Source: Betaproteobacteria bacterium (GTDB taxonomy: Bacteria; Pseudomonadota; Gammaproteobacteria; Burkholderiales; SG8-39). Taken from it: a stretch of 48,325 bases of DNA. The stretch covers positions 1 through 48,325 of the forward strand of contig SHXK01000004.1 in the NCBI GenBank assembly GCA_009693335.1, written 5' to 3'. Numbering within the stretch: the stretch's first letter is position 1; every line of letters begins with the position of its first letter. The position numbers were made by a program, and so were the translations under genes. The notes below the pieces were generated by a model, which worked only from the letters and a program-made list of their open reading frames with translations, was not told where the DNA came from and did no database searches. Positions 10,024 to 19,265 of the stretch are shown one piece after another.

Positions 10024-11241
10024 TCAGAGACGCTCTACGATCGTCGCGATACCCATGCCGCCACCCACGCACAGCGTCACCAGGCCGTAGCGCAGCTTCC
10101 TGCGCTCCAGCTCGTCGATCAGCGTGCCAAGGAGCATCGCACCAGTAGCGCCGAGCGGGTGGCCCATGGCGATCGAACCGCCGTTGACATTGACGATCTC
10201 CTCAGCTACCCGCAGTTCCTGCATGAATTTCATCGGCACCACGGCGAAGGCTTCGTTCACCTCGAACAGATCGATTTGCCCGATCTGCATCTTCGCCTTC
10301 GCCAAGGCCTTTCTCGCCGCCGGCATCGGGCCAGTCAGCATGATGGTCGGATCGGCGCCGGAAAGTGCGGCCGAGACAATGCGCGCGCGGGGCGTGAGGC
10401 CAAGCTGTCGGCCTTTTTCCTCCGAGCCCAGCAGCACCGCGGCCGCCCCGTCGACAATGCCCGAGGAATTGCCCGGCGTATGCACGTGCCTGATGCGCTC
10501 CACCTGCGGGTAACGCTGGAGGGCGACCGCGTCGTAGCCCATCTCGCCCATCTTGTCGAAGGACGTCTTGAGCGCCGCGAGACCCTCAAGCGTAGTCTGC
10601 GGGCGAATGAACTCGTCATGGTCGAGGATCACATTGCCGACCGCGTCTTTGACCAGCGCCAGGGAACGCTCGAAGCGCCCGGCATCGCGCGCCGCGCCGG
10701 CGCGCTGCTGTGAGCGCAGCGCGTAAGCGTCCAACTGTTCGCGCGTGTAGCCTTCCAGCGTCGCGATCAGATCGGCGCTGATGCCCTGCGGAATGAACGC
10801 GGTGTCGAACGCTGTTTCGGGATCGCAGGCCCAGGGTCCGCGGTCGGCGCCGAGCGGCACGCGCGACATCGATTCGACGCCGCCGGCGACCACCAGGTCT
10901 TCCCAGCCGGAGCGCACCTTCTGCGCCGCCAGGTTCACTGCCTCCAGACCCGAGGCGCAAAAGCGGTTGAGCTGAACGCCCGCGGCGCGGTAATCCCAGC
11001 CGGCCGCCAGCGCCGCGGTCTTGGCGATGCAGCTGCCCTGCTCGCCCACCGGCGTGACGCAGCCCATGACCACGTCGTCCACCTGCGAGGTATCGAGGTG
11101 GTGGCGCTGCTGCAGCTCCTTCAGGACGCCGGTGAGAAGGGTGATCGGTTTCACCTCGTGCAGCGCGCCGCTGGCCTTGCCCCTGCCGCGCGGCGTACGG
11201 ATCGCATCGAAAACGAAAGCCTCGGTGACCTTGCTAGCCAT
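10024..11241 (-). CDS. Acetyl-CoA C-acyltransferase (thiolase)
   Basis: [10 protein letters not shown] (catalytic Cys), [21 protein letters not shown]. Confidence 0.95.
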   Translation of the reverse strand: MASKVTEAFVFDAIRTPRGRGKASGALHEVKPITLLTGVLKELQQRHHLDTSQVDDVVMGCVTPVGEQGSCIAKTAALAAGWDYRAAGVQLNRFCASGLEAVNLAAQKVRSGWEDLVVAGGVESMSRVPLGADRGPWACDPETAFDTAFIPQGISADLIATLEGYTREQLDAYALRSQQRAGAARDAGRFERSLALVKDAVGNVILDHDEFIRPQTTLEGLAALKTSFDKMGEMGYDAVALQRYPQVERIRHVHTPGNSSGIVDGAAAVLLGSEEKGRQLGLTPRARIVSAALSGADPTIMLTGPMPAARKALAKAKMQIGQIDLFEVNEAFAVVPMKFMQELRVAEEIVNVNGGSIAMGHPLGATGAMLLGTLIDELERRKLRYGLVTLCVGGGMGIATIVERL

Positions 11242-12391
11242 CTTTGCCTCCGAGACCTAGCGACCGGGAAATAACCTCCTTCATGATTTCATTGGTGCCA
11301 CCGTAGATGCGCGTGACGCGCGCGTCCACATAGGCCTGCGCGATCGGAAACTCCCACATGTAGCCGTAACCACCGTGCAGCTGCAGGCATGCGTCCAGCA
11401 CCTTGCCCTCCATCTCGGTGGTCCAGTACTTGGCCATCGAGGCGGTGGCGGCGTCGAGTTTTTTTGCCAGCAGCAGTTCCATGCAACGGTCCACAAACAC
11501 ACGCATCACCTGGGTTTCGGTGGCGACCTCGGCGAGCTTGAAGCGCGTATTCTGGAAACTGCCAAGGTTGCGGCCGAAGGCCTTGCGCTCGCTCACGTAA
11601 TCGATGGTCCAGCGCAGGGCGGCTTCACATTTGGCCGCCGCCGTGATCGCGATCTGCATACGCTCCCAGGGCAGCTCCTGCATCAGGTAGATGAAGCCGT
11701 TGTTCTCCTGCCCCAGCAGGTTTTCACCCGGCACCTCGACGTTGTCGAAGAAGAGCTCGGCGGTGTCCTGGCCCTTCAAGCCCATTTTCTTCAGCCGCTT
11801 GCCCTTGGCGAAGCCCTGCATCGAGGTATCCACCACCACCAGACTGGTGCCCTTAGCGCCCTTGGCGGGATCGGTTTTCGCCACCACGATGACGAGGTCG
11901 CAATTCCAGCCATTGGTAATGAAAGTCTTGGATCCATTCAAGACAAAACCGCCGCCGCTGCGCACCGCGGTCGTCTTGATTCCCTGCAGGTCCGAGCCCG
12001 CGCCGGGCTCACTCATGGCGATGGCGCCGATCATTTCCCCCAGCGCCATTTTCGGCAGGTATTTCTTCTTCAGCGCATCGCTACCGTAGTTGAGCAGGTA
12101 GGGGGCGACGATTTCGGAATGCAGCCCCCAGCCCAGCGACGAATTGTTGATGCGCGCCTGCTCCTCGAACAACACCATGCTGTAGAGCTGGTCGGCGCCC
12201 GAGCCGCCATATTCCTCCGGCATGCTCATGCACAGGAAGCCGTTCTCGCCCGCCTTCTGCCACACCGCCTTGTCGACGTAGCCCTGCTCCTGCCAGCGCT
12301 CATCAAAGGGCTTGACCTCGGCTTCCAGAAAGCGCCGCACACTGTCGCGGAAAGTTTCGTGCTCTGAGGTAAACAGCGTGCGCGGAATCAT
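11234..12391 (-). CDS. Acyl-CoA dehydrogenase (long-chain type)
   Basis: Start MIPRTLF at 12391; [43 protein letters not shown]. Confidence 0.95.
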   Translation of the reverse strand: MIPRTLFTSEHETFRDSVRRFLEAEVKPFDERWQEQGYVDKAVWQKAGENGFLCMSMPEEYGGSGADQLYSMVLFEEQARINNSSLGWGLHSEIVAPYLLNYGSDALKKKYLPKMALGEMIGAIAMSEPGAGSDLQGIKTTAVRSGGGFVLNGSKTFITNGWNCDLVIVVAKTDPAKGAKGTSLVVVDTSMQGFAKGKRLKKMGLKGQDTAELFFDNVEVPGENLLGQENNGFIYLMQELPWERMQIAITAAAKCEAALRWTIDYVSERKAFGRNLGSFQNTRFKLAEVATETQVMRVFVDRCMELLLAKKLDAATASMAKYWTTEMEGKVLDACLQLHGGYGYMWEFPIAQAYVDARVTRIYGGTNEIMKEVISRSLGLGGKDG

Positions 12392-12401
12392 CAAGCAGCG
12401 C

Positions 12402-13670
12402 CTAAGCCACGCCGGCCCGGCGCAATACCGCGTGCAGCAGCACGTTGCAACCGGCAGCGAGGTCCTCGGGCCGCGCGTTCTCGATCTCATTGTGGCTGAT
12501 GCCCCCCTCGCAGGGCACGAACACCATGGCGCTGGGGGCGATGCGCGCCATGTAAACGGCGTCGTGCGCCGCACCGCTGACGATGTCGCGCTGCGAATAG
12601 CCGAACTTCTCCGCGCCCTGGCGCACGCTTTCCACCAAGTCCGCAGCGAACTCGCTGGGCGGAAAATAGACCACTTCTTTCAGCTCGATGCTGACCCGGC
12701 ATTCCGCCGCGACCTTCGCCACGCTCTGCTTCAGCACCTCGACCATCGCCGACAGTGTCGCGTCCTTGGCGTTCCTGAAATCCACCGTCATGCGCACTGC
12801 GCCGGGCACCACGTTGCGGGAGTTCGGTTGCACCTGCAGGAAGCCCACCGTGCCGCGCGCGTAGTCAGGAAAGGTGGTGGCGATGCGGTTCACTTCGAGC
12901 ACCAACCGGCTGGCGGCCAGCAGCGCGTCCCGTCTGGTTTCCATCGGCGTCGGGCCGGCGTGCGAATCCTGGCCGGTGATGGCGACATCGAACCAGCGCT
13001 GGCCGAGCGCACCCAGCACCACCCCGATGGTGGTCTTGGTCTGCTCCAGCACCGGACCTTGCTCGATATGCGCTTCAAAATACGCGCCTAGCCGGTGCGG
13101 CTGCGCCACGCCCGCATAGCCGATGCTGGTCAAGGCCTCGCGCACGCTGATGCCCTCGAGGTCCGTCTGTGCCAGCGCGTAGTCAAGTTCGTAGACACCC
13201 GCGTAGACGCCCGAGCCCATCAGGGTCGGCACAAAACGCGAGCCCTCCTCGTTGGTCCAGGCTGCGACTTCGAGTGGGGCCTGGGTACGGACACCCGCCT
13301 CGTTTAGCGTACGTATCACTTCCAGCCCGGCCATCACCCCATAGGCGCCGTCGAATTTCCCGCCCGAAGGCTGCGTATCGAGATGGCTGCCCATCGCCAC
13401 GGGCAACGCGCCCGCTTCGGTGCCGGGGCGGCGCGCGAAAATATTACCGATGCCGTCGACCGCCACGCTCAGGCCCGCGTCCTTGCACCAGCGTACGAAC
13501 AAGTCGCGCCCCTGGCGGTCCACATCGGTCAGCGTCAGCCGCCGCACGCCGCCTTTTTCGGTGGCGCCGATTTTTGCGAGCGCCATGAGGGACTGCCAGA
13601 GCCGGTCGGGGTTGATCTGAAGAATGGGCGTGCTATCGCGGTGCAGGGTCTGCAAGGAGAGATTCCCCAT
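12402..13670 (-). CDS. Zn-dependent M20 amidohydrolase (N-carbamoyl-amino-acid / beta-ureidopropionase / allantoate amidohydrolase family)
   Basis: GSHLDTQPSGGKFDGAYGV, WTNEEGSRF, EAHIEQGP, HAGPTPM, SGAAHDA, GISHNEIE; exact start uncertain. Confidence 0.9.
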   Translation of the reverse strand: MGNLSLQTLHRDSTPILQINPDRLWQSLMALAKIGATEKGGVRRLTLTDVDRQGRDLFVRWCKDAGLSVAVDGIGNIFARRPGTEAGALPVAMGSHLDTQPSGGKFDGAYGVMAGLEVIRTLNEAGVRTQAPLEVAAWTNEEGSRFVPTLMGSGVYAGVYELDYALAQTDLEGISVREALTSIGYAGVAQPHRLGAYFEAHIEQGPVLEQTKTTIGVVLGALGQRWFDVAITGQDSHAGPTPMETRRDALLAASRLVLEVNRIATTFPDYARGTVGFLQVQPNSRNVVPGAVRMTVDFRNAKDATLSAMVEVLKQSVAKVAAECRVSIELKEVVYFPPSEFAADLVESVRQGAEKFGYSQRDIVSGAAHDAVYMARIAPSAMVFVPCEGGISHNEIENARPEDLAAGCNVLLHAVLRRAGVA

Positions 13671-13671
13671 T

Positions 13672-13695
13672 CTTGAAGGTGAGCTTGAAGGTGAG
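13672..13695. repeat. Perfect 12-bp tandem direct repeat (CTTGAAGGTGAG)x2
   Basis: Read directly; lies immediately upstream of the amidohydrolase start. Confidence 0.85.
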
Positions 13696-13843
13696 ATTCT
13701 GCAAACTGTACACCGATTGGCATTGACTCGGGCCGTGCCCTTATCCACGGCGCGCGGATGCGAAACCGACCGCGGCCACCAACATGGGCGCGGCGCTTAC
13801 GGATAAGCTAGTGGGATGATTCGCAACTGAGGAAACCTAACCC

Positions 13844-14041
13844 ATGACGAAACCGATTAATCTCGATCTAACGGTGGCGCTGCTGGGCGCGCAAGGGGTT
13901 GTATCGACCCCGGAGAGCGCCGAGGCCACCGCACGCTTCGCCACGCTGGTGCTCAAAAACTCGGCCCAGGCCTTCGCCCAGCTCGCCTTCGAGGATGAGC
14001 CTTCGGGCTACACCGCGGCACTACGGAAAAATGCGCCATGA
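13844..14041 (+). CDS. Small protein (65 aa), putative AtzG/GatC-like amidase partner
   Basis: GAGG RBS; ATGA overlap with the amidase; C-terminal FEDEPSGY resembles the EP motif of small amidase-associated proteins. Confidence 0.7.
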   Translation: MTKPINLDLTVALLGAQGVVSTPESAEATARFATLVLKNSAQAFAQLAFEDEPSGYTAALRKNAP

Positions 14042-15453
14042 ACGACACCGCGATCCTGGAACTGTCGTGCACGGCGCTTGCCGGCGCGATCCGCGACCGG
14101 CAGCTGAGCGCGGTGAAAGCAATGGAGACGGTGCTCGCCCGCGCGCAGACGGTGCAACCGAAGCTGAACGCATTCCTGCGCATCGACACGGACCTGGCGC
14201 TGGACGCAGCGCGCCTGGCCGATAAAGACCTCGCGCGCGGTCACTTGCGCGGCCCTTTGCATGGTGTGCCGATGGCGCACAAGGACATGTACTACCGCAA
14301 AGGCCTTGCCTCGAGCTACGGCGGCAAGATCGGACCCACGCGGCCCGCGCCTGCCACCGCGACCGCGCTGGCGCGCCTGGACGTCGCCGGTGCCATCCAG
14401 TTCGGCGTGCTGAACATGGCGGAGTTTGCTTTCGGCCCCACCGGCCACAACTATCACTACGGCCATTGCCGCAACGCCTGGAACCCCGATTACATCACCG
14501 GCGGCTCTTCCTCTGGCTCGGGCACCGCGGTGGCAGCGCGCGCGACCTATGCCGCGCTCGGTTCGGATACCGGCGGTTCGATCCGCCTGCCGGCGACCTT
14601 CTGCGGCACCTCGGGTATTAAACCGACCTACGCACGGGTGTCGCGCGCCGGCGCGATGCCCTTGTCGTTCAGCATGGACACAGTCGGGCCGCTGGCACGC
14701 ACGGTGGAGGACTGCGCACTCATCCTCGCCACCATCGCCGGGCCGGATGCACGCGACCCGACGAGCGACCCGCGCCCAGTCCCCGATTACCTGAGTGCCA
14801 TGGCGCGTCCCGTCGCGGGCCTGACGATCGGTCGGCCGCGCCAGTACTTCTACGACGCTTGCGACCCGGAAATCGCCGCGCTGATGGACGCCTCGCTCGA
14901 GAGCTTCCGTAGCATCGGCGCCAAGGTCGTGGACGTGGACCTGCCGGACCTGGAAGCCTGGAACGCGGCGTGCGCGATGATCATCTCAGCCGAAGCCGCC
15001 GCGCTCCACGGCAACTGGCTGCGCACCCGGGCGCAGGATTACTCGGCACAGGTACGCGCCCGCCTCGAGCAGGGTCTCGCTATCCCAGCGACGGCCTACC
15101 TCGACAGCCTGCGCCTGCGCGGGGTCGCGCTGGAAGAATTCTGCCGCAGCGTGTTCTCCAAAGTGGATGTGTTGCATGCGCCGGTGGTGGCATTCCAGAC
15201 GCCGACGATCGCCCAGACCGATGTCGGCGGCGGACCCAAGCTCTCGGCGTTGATGGCACAGGTGACGCGCTTGACGCGCCCCGCTAATTACCTCGGCGTT
15301 CCTGTGCTGTCGCTGCAGGCCGGTTTCACGCGTGCCGGGCTGCCCGTCGGGATGCAACTGCTCGGTCGGCCATTCGACGAGGCGACGCTGTTCGCCCTGG
15401 GCAACGCCTACCAGAGCACGAGCGATTTTCATCGCCTAGCGCCAACTCTATAG
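14038..15453 (+). CDS. Amidase-signature family enzyme (AtzE/GatA-like)
   Basis: GPLHGVPMAHKD (catalytic Lys), TGGSSSGSG, GSDTGGSIRLPA (Ser-cisSer-Lys triad), GLPVGMQL. Confidence 0.93.
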   Translation: MNDTAILELSCTALAGAIRDRQLSAVKAMETVLARAQTVQPKLNAFLRIDTDLALDAARLADKDLARGHLRGPLHGVPMAHKDMYYRKGLASSYGGKIGPTRPAPATATALARLDVAGAIQFGVLNMAEFAFGPTGHNYHYGHCRNAWNPDYITGGSSSGSGTAVAARATYAALGSDTGGSIRLPATFCGTSGIKPTYARVSRAGAMPLSFSMDTVGPLARTVEDCALILATIAGPDARDPTSDPRPVPDYLSAMARPVAGLTIGRPRQYFYDACDPEIAALMDASLESFRSIGAKVVDVDLPDLEAWNAACAMIISAEAAALHGNWLRTRAQDYSAQVRARLEQGLAIPATAYLDSLRLRGVALEEFCRSVFSKVDVLHAPVVAFQTPTIAQTDVGGGPKLSALMAQVTRLTRPANYLGVPVLSLQAGFTRAGLPVGMQLLGRPFDEATLFALGNAYQSTSDFHRLAPTL

Positions 15454-15495
15454 GCAGACCAGGGCATCTCGTCTTTAAATACGCTCCGTGACCTC

Positions 15496-16002
15496 GTGGT
15501 GATCCGTCCACGCCTCCTTTACGTCGCACCGGCGCTGGCCTGCGTCGGCCTGCTTGGCTGCGGCTATTACCTCCAATATTTCGACAGCCAAGACCCCTGT
15601 CCCCTGTGCCTCGTTCAGCGCGGCTTCTACTACGGGATTCTTTTTCTTTTCACCATTGCTGCGCTGCATTTGCCTGGCAGAACCGGAAATTCGATTTACG
15701 GCTCTGCGGCAGCCCTACTCGCGCTGGGTGGTTTCGGGGTCGCCGCCCGGCAGGTCTGGTTGCAACATCTGCCGACAGATCAGGTACCCGCCTGCGGGCC
15801 GGATCTGTATTTCATGCTGGAAAACTTCCCGCTCGCACGCATGCTTGAGAAGTTGTTCACTGGGTCCGGGCAGTGCGCGGAGGTGAACTGGACCTTCCTC
15901 GGGCTATCCATCGCCGGGTGGTCTCTGCTGTGTTTTGCGGCGCTCGCGATCTACGCGCTATGGCTCACCTTGCGGGGGCGAAACACAGTTCACTCCTCGT
16001 AA
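15496..16002 (+). CDS. dsbB: Disulfide bond formation protein B
   Basis: DPCPLCLVQR, second Cys pair (ACGPD...GQCAEV), WTFLGLSIAGWS; TM helices. Confidence 0.92.
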   Translation: MVIRPRLLYVAPALACVGLLGCGYYLQYFDSQDPCPLCLVQRGFYYGILFLFTIAALHLPGRTGNSIYGSAAALLALGGFGVAARQVWLQHLPTDQVPACGPDLYFMLENFPLARMLEKLFTGSGQCAEVNWTFLGLSIAGWSLLCFAALAIYALWLTLRGRNTVHSS

Positions 16003-16379
16003 AGGAGCGCGATCACCCGGGCGATCGCGGCAATGACCTCGGGCTGCTCGCCGATGGGCGGCTCGACGGTGATCTCGAGGTCCGGAGAATGTCCGTGTAT
16101 CTTGGCGACCAGCTTAGGCAGGTCATCCTTCAGGTGTCCGCCCACGCCAAGGAATACCGGCACCACCCGCAAGCTGCGCACCCCATCGCCGTACAGCGCC
16201 GCGGCGCACTCCGGCAGCGAGGGCTGCATTAACTCCAGAAAAGCGAGCACGATGCGCTCGCCGGGCAACCGCTCGCCTAACTCGGTTACGAGTTGCTGGA
16301 ATGGGCGCGCCCACCGCGGGTCGCGCGCACCGTGGGCGAAAAGGACAATTGCTCGCCGGCCGATAGCTGGTTCAGCCAC
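15990..16379 (-). CDS. Sirohydrochlorin chelatase (CbiX/SirB family)
   Basis: LFAHGARDPRW, AFLELMQPSL, VPVFLGVGGHLKDDLP; GTG start at 16379 inferred. Confidence 0.88.
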   Translation of the reverse strand: MAEPAIGRRAIVLFAHGARDPRWARPFQQLVTELGERLPGERIVLAFLELMQPSLPECAAALYGDGVRSLRVVPVFLGVGGHLKDDLPKLVAKIHGHSPDLEITVEPPIGEQPEVIAAIARVIALLYEE

Positions 16380-17110
16380 GGCGCGATTATCCCCGAGGCG
16401 GCGATTTCCCGATAGACCTCGCCCAGCAGAATCGCCACCGGCCCGTTGCCGCAGCGCTCGGCGAGCGCCGGCAATTGTTCCAGCGTGCCGGCCAGTTTGC
16501 GCATGCCGGGCAGCGAAGCATGCTCGACGATGGCGAGCGGCGTCGCGGGCGATTTCCCCGCCCCGATCAGTGCCCGCGAAATTTCTTCGGCTTCTCCGGC
16601 ACCCATGTAGATCACCACCGTATCCGCGGCAAGCGCCACCTTCAGCCAGTTGTTCGGCCGCGCGCCGGCCGCGGTCCGCATGGTCAGGAAAGCGACGGAA
16701 CGCGACCAGCCCCTGGCGGTAAGCGAGACACCCAGGTCGGCGCTGGCGGCAAGGGCTGCGGTGACACCAGGTACGACCTCGCAGCGGATGCGGTGCTGCT
16801 GCAACCAGGCAAGCTCTTCCTGCGCGCGGCCAAAGAGCATCGGATCGCCACCCTTCAAGCGCACCACCACCGGATACATGCGCGCGGCATCCACTAAGCG
16901 CTTGTTGATGAACTTCTGTGCCGTTGAGTGCTGGCCGGAGCGCTTGCCGACTGCAATTTTTATCGCTCTTAGCGCTAAGGAAAGTATTGCCTGCGGTACC
17001 AGTGCGTCGTGGAACACGATATCCGCCCGCTCGAGCAGACGCGCGGCACGCAGCGTGAGCAGATCCGGAGCGCCGGGTCCGGCGCCGACCAGATAGACCG
17101 TGCCGCTCAT
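16286..17110 (-). CDS. cobA: Uroporphyrinogen-III C-methyltransferase
   Basis: VYLVGAGPGAPDLLTLRA, VRLKGGDPMLFGR, VVPGVTAA; start 17110 overlaps the DUF934 gene stop (ATGA). Confidence 0.92.
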   Translation of the reverse strand: MSGTVYLVGAGPGAPDLLTLRAARLLERADIVFHDALVPQAILSLALRAIKIAVGKRSGQHSTAQKFINKRLVDAARMYPVVVRLKGGDPMLFGRAQEELAWLQQHRIRCEVVPGVTAALAASADLGVSLTARGWSRSVAFLTMRTAAGARPNNWLKVALAADTVVIYMGAGEAEEISRALIGAGKSPATPLAIVEHASLPGMRKLAGTLEQLPALAERCGNGPVAILLGEVYREIAASGIIAPWLNQLSAGEQLSFSPTVRATRGGRAHSSNS

Positions 17111-17514
17111 GGTCCGGCCCGCCGGCGGAACAGCGGCGCCGGCTGCGCGGTCGTCGCCTGGTATTGCTCGCTGAAGTCGCCGAACCCCTTGAGGGCTTCT
17201 TCGGGATCCTCGCCCGCGCGCAACTCGAAAACGTTGAAGCCGCATTGCGCCATGGCATGCAGGTGGTCGCGCGCCACTTCGCCGACCGCACGCAATTCGC
17301 CCTGGTAGCCGTAACGCTCGCGCAGCAGCCGCGCAATGGAGTAGCCGCCCCCGTCGCCGAACTTGGGAAAATTGACCGCGATCGCCGTAATCGCCGCGAT
17401 ACCGCCGATCCTATCCACGAGCGCGGCAGGATCGTCGCTGGGCTGCAGCAGCACCAGCTCAGGCGGCCGCGAGGATTCTTCGACGATCCGTCGTTCTTTG
17501 ATCAGGGTTGCCAT
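17107..17514 (-). CDS. DUF934 family protein (sulfite reductase-associated), shortened
   Basis: AVNFPKFGDG.GYSIARLLRERYGYQGELRAVGEV, CGFN.F, PLFRRR; position directly after the sulfite reductase. Confidence 0.85.
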   Translation of the reverse strand: MATLIKERRIVEESSRPPELVLLQPSDDPAALVDRIGGIAAITAIAVNFPKFGDGGGYSIARLLRERYGYQGELRAVGEVARDHLHAMAQCGFNVFELRAGEDPEEALKGFGDFSEQYQATTAQPAPLFRRRAGP

Positions 17515-19180
17515 AAACACCGATTTTAAAAGGTTCGATACCGAGGCGGCGCACCACGTCCACGAAACGCTCGGCCTCGCTGTCGCGCCGCTTCAGGTAA
17601 ATTTCGATCAAGCGCTCGATGACGTCGGGCACATCGGCGCGCGCGAACGAGGGGCCGATCACTTTGCCCAAGGCCGTGGGGGTTGCCTTGGTTGCCGCGG
17701 AGACGCCAGGTCGAGTTTCTCCCTGATTGCCGCCGATCTCGATCTGGTACCACTCCTCGCCGTTCTTATCTACGCCCAGGATGCCGATGTGGCCGACATG
17801 GTGGTGGCCGCAGGCATTCATGCAACCCGAGATATTCAGATCCAACTCGCCGATGTCGTGCAGGTAATCCAGATCGTCAAAACGGCGCTGGATCGCCTCG
17901 GCCACGGGGATCGATTTCGCATTCGCCAGCGAGCAGAAATCGCCGCCCGGGCAAGCAATGATGTTGGTCAGCAGGCCGATGTTGGGCGTCGCCAGACCCA
18001 GCTCGCGCAAAGCCTGCCACAGGCTATTCAGTTCGGCTTGGCGCACGTCGGCGAACACCAAATTCTGCTCGTGCGTGACCCGCAGCTCGCCAAAGGAGTA
18101 ATCCTCGGCCAGTTGGGCGATGCGCGACATCTGTTCGGAGGTGACGTCGCCCGGCGGCACCCCAGTCTTCTTCAATGACAAAGTCACGACGGCGTAACCC
18201 GGCTGCTGGTGTGGATGGACGTTGCGCTTCATCCAGGCAGCGAACGGCGTCTTCGCGGCAGGAAAGTCCACGTCAACCAGCTTCTCGTACCGCGGCCGGG
18301 TAAAGCGCGCCTCGATGCGGCGGATCTCCTCTTCGGTGACAGTCGCCGGGCCATCCTTCAGATGCGCCCACTCGGCCTCGACTTCGGCGCGGAATTTCTC
18401 CAGCCCGCGCTCCTTGACCAGGATCTTGATGCGCGCCTTGTAGAGGTTGTCGCGCCGCCCGTAGCGGTTGTAGACGCGCAGGATGGCGTCGAGATAGTTC
18501 AGCAGCTGCGGCCAGGGCAGGAACTCGCGGATCACGTGGCCGATGATCGGGGTGCGACCCAAGCCGCCGCCAACGATAACCCTGAAGCCGGTTTCATCGG
18601 CGGAATTTTTTACGGCATGCAGACCAATATCGTGAACAAAGGTAGCCACCCGATCCACGCTCGCGCCGTTGATCGCAATTTTGAATTTGCGCGGCAAGTA
18701 ATTGAACTCTGGGTGAAAAGTAGACCATTGGCGGACCAGTTCGCACCAGACGAAGGAATCCACGATCTCGTCGCGCGCCACTCCCGCGAAGTGGTCGGCG
18801 GTGATGTTGCGCACGCAATTGCCGGAAGTCTGGATGGCGTGCATCTCGACAGTGGCCAGCTCGGCGAGGATTTCCGGCACTTCTTCGAGCTTCGGCCAGT
18901 TGAGCTGCAGGTTCTGGCGGGTGGAGAAATGGCCGTAGCCACGGTCGTACTTTTGCGCGATCCCGGCCAGCTTGCGTAGCTGGCGCGAAGACAGCAGCCC
19001 GTAGGGAATGGCAATGCGCAGCATCGGCGCGTAGCGCTGCACGTACAGGCCGTTCCTCAGCCGCAGTTGGCGGAAGTCATCCTCGGACAGCGCGCCGGCG
19101 AGAAAGCGCTGTGTCTGGTCGCGAAATTGCGCCACCCGCTCGTCCACCAGTCGCTGGTCTATGTCGTCGTAGCGATACAC
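17459..19180 (-). CDS. cysI: Nitrite/sulfite reductase hemoprotein (CysI-like)
   Basis: STRQNLQ, TSGNCVRN, LPRKFKIA, siroheme/4Fe-4S ligands ACPGGDFC and SGCMNACGHHH; GTG start. Confidence 0.93.
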   Translation of the reverse strand: MYRYDDIDQRLVDERVAQFRDQTQRFLAGALSEDDFRQLRLRNGLYVQRYAPMLRIAIPYGLLSSRQLRKLAGIAQKYDRGYGHFSTRQNLQLNWPKLEEVPEILAELATVEMHAIQTSGNCVRNITADHFAGVARDEIVDSFVWCELVRQWSTFHPEFNYLPRKFKIAINGASVDRVATFVHDIGLHAVKNSADETGFRVIVGGGLGRTPIIGHVIREFLPWPQLLNYLDAILRVYNRYGRRDNLYKARIKILVKERGLEKFRAEVEAEWAHLKDGPATVTEEEIRRIEARFTRPRYEKLVDVDFPAAKTPFAAWMKRNVHPHQQPGYAVVTLSLKKTGVPPGDVTSEQMSRIAQLAEDYSFGELRVTHEQNLVFADVRQAELNSLWQALRELGLATPNIGLLTNIIACPGGDFCSLANAKSIPVAEAIQRRFDDLDYLHDIGELDLNISGCMNACGHHHVGHIGILGVDKNGEEWYQIEIGGNQGETRPGVSAATKATPTALGKVIGPSFARADVPDVIERLIEIYLKRRDSEAERFVDVVRRLGIEPFKIGVYGNPDQRTTDRRRILAAA

Positions 19181-19223
19181 GGAACCGCGAGCTTACGTGC
19201 CGCATCATATTTCCCAAAAGACT

Positions 19224-19244
19224 GTTATATTAATATCATATAAC
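19224..19244. promoter_or_regulatory. LysR-type (CysB) operator candidate GTTATAT-N7-ATATAAC
   Basis: Perfect 7-bp inverted repeat containing T-N11-A (19228..19240), in the AT-rich divergent cysI/cysB intergenic region. Confidence 0.7.
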
Positions 19245-19265
19245 TTTTTAGACTTATCTAAGTCC

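Noticed and set aside
13740-13749. SAM-I-like P1 (CTTATC/GATAAG) and DnaA-box-like TTATCCACG
   Set aside because: The SAM-I core is missing; a single mismatched DnaA box is expected by chance
16380-17336. 448-aa ORF suggesting a long CbiX fusion
   Set aside because: The upstream part overlaps cobA and DUF934 in another frame; only the last ~130 codons are chelatase-like
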